From: Thermodesulfobacteriota bacterium
GTDB taxonomy: Bacteria; Desulfobacterota; Desulfobacteria; Desulfobacterales; C00003060
DNA: 64,000 nt
Direction of reading: 5' to 3'
NCBI GenBank assembly: GCA_034189385.1
Contig: JAXHVD010000012.1
Coordinates: forward strand, 64,001-128,000
The notes below the pieces were generated by a model. That model had not been told where the DNA came from and ran no database searches. It saw nothing but the letters and a program-made list of their open reading frames with translations. The first letter of the stretch is position 1; every line of letters starts with the position of its first letter. Below, in pieces: positions 60,515 through 64,000 of the stretch. The position numbers and the translations under genes were made by a program.

Positions 60515-61426
60515 ATGAACGTCCTTATCACCGGCGGTCTTGGGTTTGTGGGCACACAACTCTCTATCCGCCTTCTGGAAAGAGGCCACCAGGTTACTGT
60601 TGTGGACCGCAGCCCCAAACGGGGGGGCCACACGCCCCAGCAGGTCAAATACGTGCCTGCCGACACCACGGTTCAGGGTCCATGGCAAGACGAAGTAGCC
60701 CGTCAGGACGCGGTCATCAACCTGGCTGGCGCATCCATCTTTCGGCGATGGGACCCGAAGACGAAACAACTCATCTCTGACAGCCGGGTCCTGACCACCG
60801 GAAATATAGTGGAGGCCATCTCCCATAATAAGAGGAGCAGGGTGCTTTGCAGCACATCAGCCGTAGGCTACTACGGCTTCAGGGGTGATGAAAGGTTGTC
60901 AGAAAAGGATAGCCCTGGAACGGATTTTTTGGCTCAAGTCTGTATCGATTGGGAGGACGAAGCCAAAAAGGCGGCCGACAAGGGTGCCCGGGTCGTTGTG
61001 ACCCGATTTGGCATTGTCCTGGGCAAGACCGGAGGGGCCCTGGGGCAAATGATACCGGCATTTAAGAAGTTTGCAGGTGGCCCTCTGGGCAGTGGTAAGC
61101 AGTGGTTTTCCTGGATCCACATGGAGGACCTGGTAAACGCATTTATGTTCGTCTTCGATAATGAAGACATTCATGGTCCCGTCAATTTCTGCTCGCCCAA
61201 TCCTATCCGGAACAAAGACCTTGCCAAGGCCTTGGGGGCGACCCTGTCCAGGCCGTCCTTTCTAAAGACGCCAGCCTTTATGTTGCGCCTTGTACTGGGA
61301 GAGTTTGGCTCTGTCCTTCTTGAAGGCCAGAGAGTCTTCCCGACTAAACTGCTCAAGCACGGTTTCCTTTTTCGGCACCCTGAAATCAAGGAGGCATTGG
61401 AAGACCTCCTAAAACAACGAGATTAG
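60515..61426 (+). CDS. TIGR01777 family NAD-dependent epimerase/oxidoreductase (YfcH-like)
   Basis: ITGGLGFVG, INLAG, SAVGYYG, GSGKQWFSWIH, LLEGQRV.P. Confidence 0.92.
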   Translation: MNVLITGGLGFVGTQLSIRLLERGHQVTVVDRSPKRGGHTPQQVKYVPADTTVQGPWQDEVARQDAVINLAGASIFRRWDPKTKQLISDSRVLTTGNIVEAISHNKRSRVLCSTSAVGYYGFRGDERLSEKDSPGTDFLAQVCIDWEDEAKKAADKGARVVVTRFGIVLGKTGGALGQMIPAFKKFAGGPLGSGKQWFSWIHMEDLVNAFMFVFDNEDIHGPVNFCSPNPIRNKDLAKALGATLSRPSFLKTPAFMLRLVLGEFGSVLLEGQRVFPTKLLKHGFLFRHPEIKEALEDLLKQRD

Positions 61427-61490
61427 TTTTCTGGAAAGGACCCGTCTTTTGCTCCCCCTTGCCCCTGGCATAAAGGGGGCAGGTGTGATA

Positions 61491-62144
61491 ATGGGATCGA
61501 CTGTGTTTGCCACCATCCAACACGTAAAGGCCTTTGCCGAGCAGTGTTTTTCAAGCGCCAACGGCAGCCACGACTGGGATCACAGCCAAAGGGTGTCCAG
61601 TCTGTGTATGCATATCGGCCAGATAGAAGGTGCAAACTTACAAGTAGTTAAAATTGCAGCTTATCTCCACGATATAGGACGCCCCCATGAAGATGCATCA
61701 CGGGGTGCAATCTGCCATGCGAAAAAGGGGGCAGAGATAGCCCGTGAGCTTCTGGAAAAATATCCCATTTCTCAAGAACACAAGGCCAACATCATTCACT
61801 GCATTCGATCCCACCGGTTCCGTGGAAACCACGCGCCAGAGACCTTGGAGGCCAAGGTGCTCTTTGATGCAGATAAACTGGATGCCATTGGTGCCGTGGG
61901 TATTGGCAGGGCCTTCCTTTTTGCAGGCGAGGTGGGAGCCAGGCTCCACACCCCCCATGTCGAACCGGAAGACACCCTGCCCTACACTGAGGAAGACACA
62001 GGGTATCGGGAATACAAACTCAAGCTTTCAAGGATCAAGGACCGAATGCTCACGACAGAGGGCCGTCGCATGGCTGAAGGGCGCCATGCATTCATGGAGG
62101 CTTTCTTCCAAAGGTTCACACAGGAATACGACGGGTACAAATAG
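61491..62144 (+). CDS. HD-domain phosphohydrolase (YedJ/YpgQ-like)
   Basis: HDWDH..RV, LHDIG, HRFR, DADKLDAIGAVGIGR; start uncertain (ORF open to 61449). Confidence 0.88.
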   Translation: MGSTVFATIQHVKAFAEQCFSSANGSHDWDHSQRVSSLCMHIGQIEGANLQVVKIAAYLHDIGRPHEDASRGAICHAKKGAEIARELLEKYPISQEHKANIIHCIRSHRFRGNHAPETLEAKVLFDADKLDAIGAVGIGRAFLFAGEVGARLHTPHVEPEDTLPYTEEDTGYREYKLKLSRIKDRMLTTEGRRMAEGRHAFMEAFFQRFTQEYDGYK

Positions 62145-62152
62145 GGGGCATA

Positions 62153-62704
62153 TTGATACCTACTAGGGAAGAGTGTCTGGTGCTGATAGAGCGATACGAA
62201 ATGCTGCCTCATATTGTCAGGCACAGCAAGATCGTCACACAGGTGGCACTACTCCTTGGGCGTAAGCTGAACGATTGCGGCTGCGATCTTGATCTTGACC
62301 TGGTTGAGGCAGGGGCCTTGCTCCACGACATTACTAAAACGGCGTCCATAAAAACAAAGGAAAACCATGCCCACACCGGTGCCCAGCTCCTGGCCTCCTT
62401 AGGGTATCAAACAGTGGCCGATGTGGTGCGGCAGCATATCACCCTTGATCCCCCTGTCCCCCATCCAGGGTCCATTAGTGAGGCAGAGCTCGTCAACTAT
62501 GCGGACAAAAGGGTCAAGCACGATGAGGTAGTGGGGATAGAGGAGCGGTTCCAGGACATAAAGGAGAGGTACGTCAGAAAGTTTCCTGCCTTTCAGAAGC
62601 GTTTTGAAGAAGTCCGGCAAGAAACTCAACTAATTGAAAAAAGAATATTTTCGAAAATAGACCTCTCTCCTGAACAGCTCAACACCGTGCTCTTTGAGCC
62701 GTAA
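62153..62704 (+). CDS. HD/HDIG domain protein
   Basis: HIVRHS, LLHDITK, HAHTGA, YADKRV. Confidence 0.88.
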   Translation: MIPTREECLVLIERYEMLPHIVRHSKIVTQVALLLGRKLNDCGCDLDLDLVEAGALLHDITKTASIKTKENHAHTGAQLLASLGYQTVADVVRQHITLDPPVPHPGSISEAELVNYADKRVKHDEVVGIEERFQDIKERYVRKFPAFQKRFEEVRQETQLIEKRIFSKIDLSPEQLNTVLFEP

Positions 62705-62738
62705 GGTTCACGCCTCTTTCTTCATCAACCCAAACCGT

Positions 62739-64000
62739 TTATTGAAGCGTCACCTCTCTCAAGCGGCCCAGGATCTTATCGTGTTCATCCATGCTGTAGA
62801 TCTCAGTATCGAACCTGGCGTCTAGTCTAAGCATGTCTCTGACCACCTCCGTCATCTTGGGTCCCAGAATCACGATATCTGTGTAGGGAAGCAAGGCCCC
62901 CAAAACACTGATGTCCGGTGACTCGGTGGCCCTTCGTAACCCCTCCGGATAGTTCATCGAGAGAGCGTGCCAAATGTCGCGCTTGATTCCAATGGCAGGG
63001 ACCTCGCTGAAAAGCTCAGATTCATAAAAAGAGATGAGCCCTTCCAGTCCTTCCGGGGTTCCGCCATAATGGTTCCATAGGGCAACGGAGAGGTCGGTTT
63101 TTTGACCAGCCCAAAAACCGTCCATGTGCCTTTTTCTTGCCCCTTCCTTAACGGCCCCGTATCTCATACCGAGGCGAACAAGGTCCCGCAGGTGCCTTGA
63201 CGATCTTTTCTGCAACTCCTGTTCTCTCCTGAGGGCGATCTCGTCATATCTGATTCGAAGCCGCATACAAGGGGGCAAAGACCCTTGACCAGCCTCTGCC
63301 CTCGCGCCTTTTTCGTCTGCTAGGGTCAGGGCCCCCTCGAAGGCCACAGAGGATCGTTTTTTCAGGATGGCCCTTACGGTTTGCCTGTCAAAGGCGTCCT
63401 GCCAAAACCTTCTAAAGCCCATGGTCTTTTTTCCGTCAATAAAGCCACGAAGCGCTCTAAAGACCTGAAAATCTTCTATGGTCTGGCTGTGTTTGAAGGA
63501 CAACCCCTTAGAAAGCCTTCTCATGATGTCAAGGCCTTCCAGTGCCTGGCCATCCCCCATTTCAAGGGTCTCGCGGTGAAAGGTGTCTTCAGGATAAACC
63601 AGCTTGCCGTCCCTGACCAAGGACACTATCTCACTGTGCAAGACCCCTGCGTTCCCCCCCTTGTCCTTGGGAGCGGACTGGCCCAAGCCGTTCCTTATGA
63701 GGCTCTCGATGACGGGGGTGTCCAGATAGAGCACGGGAACAGGAGAACGTTCCGCCCGGACCATGGAAAGCTTGCGGTTTAGGACCTTTTTGCTCTGACC
63801 GGCCGGGAGTGACTTAATCCTCTGTGTAAGGCTGAGGTCTAGCTGATCGAAGATCTCATCAGCGTAGGCCCGGGCCCCTTTATCAAGGCGCTTGTAATGC
63901 CTCACCAGGTATTCATGAAGCTGTTGCCACACGTGATCGGCCATCTGGCCTTGCTCATAAGCACCACCAGAAGACAGTGTGTCCAGATACTTCCTAATAT
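62739..64000 (-). CDS. hypothetical protein, 5'-partial; weak PIN-like motifs
   Basis: Frame stays open upstream of ATG 63944 to the window edge (IRKYLDTLSSGGAYEQGQMADH); VLYLDT...H.E...D....LPYTD. Confidence 0.7.
   Translation of the reverse strand, partial: IRKYLDTLSSGGAYEQGQMADHVWQQLHEYLVRHYKRLDKGARAYADEIFDQLDLSLTQRIKSLPAGQSKKVLNRKLSMVRAERSPVPVLYLDTPVIESLIRNGLGQSAPKDKGGNAGVLHSEIVSLVRDGKLVYPEDTFHRETLEMGDGQALEGLDIMRRLSKGLSFKHSQTIEDFQVFRALRGFIDGKKTMGFRRFWQDAFDRQTVRAILKKRSSVAFEGALTLADEKGARAEAGQGSLPPCMRLRIRYDEIALRREQELQKRSSRHLRDLVRLGMRYGAVKEGARKRHMDGFWAGQKTDLSVALWNHYGGTPEGLEGLISFYESELFSEVPAIGIKRDIWHALSMNYPEGLRRATESPDISVLGALLPYTDIVILGPKMTEVVRDMLRLDARFDTEIYSMDEHDKILGRLREVTLQ

Overview
Bacterial chromosome window, most likely Desulfobacterota/deltaproteobacterial (inferred from gene repertoire and order, sigma-54 sites and a GEMM riboswitch). 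1-21.3 kb (minus strand): mltG and an intact dcw operon (mraZ, rsmH, ftsL, ftsI, murE, murF, mraY, murD, ftsW, murG, murC, murB, ftsQ, ftsA, ftsZ; no ddl), then a radical SAM gene and two hypotheticals. 21.5-26.2 kb: a frameshifted hybrid histidine-kinase relic and a secreted-protein island driven by two divergent sigma-54 promoters. Leftward, a c-di-GMP-I riboswitch precedes an FN3/Ca-binding repeat protein. Rightward lie a chagasin (I42) inhibitor, a prodomain-less papain (C1A) protease and a small secreted protein. The FN3 protein and the protease end in similar short hydrophobic tails. 26.8-55.3 kb: a wHTH/NTase-like regulator with a perfect 12-3-12 palindrome, then a large ABC-exported surface-glycan locus: fcl, gmd, a decayed wzm/wzt pair followed by an intact pair, two sulfotransferases, GT2/GT4/GT8/GT11 enzymes, an NDK-like+ParB-like/nucleotidyltransferase pair, a eukaryote-type UGM-like flavoenzyme and Galf-transferase-like genes. 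53-57.4 kb: MITE/structured repeats and a GT pseudogene. 57.4-64 kb: TMTC-like GT-C/TPR protein, DUF3568 lipoprotein, TIGR01777 protein, two HD proteins and a partial hypothetical. All family calls come from motif recognition by eye; no searches were run.
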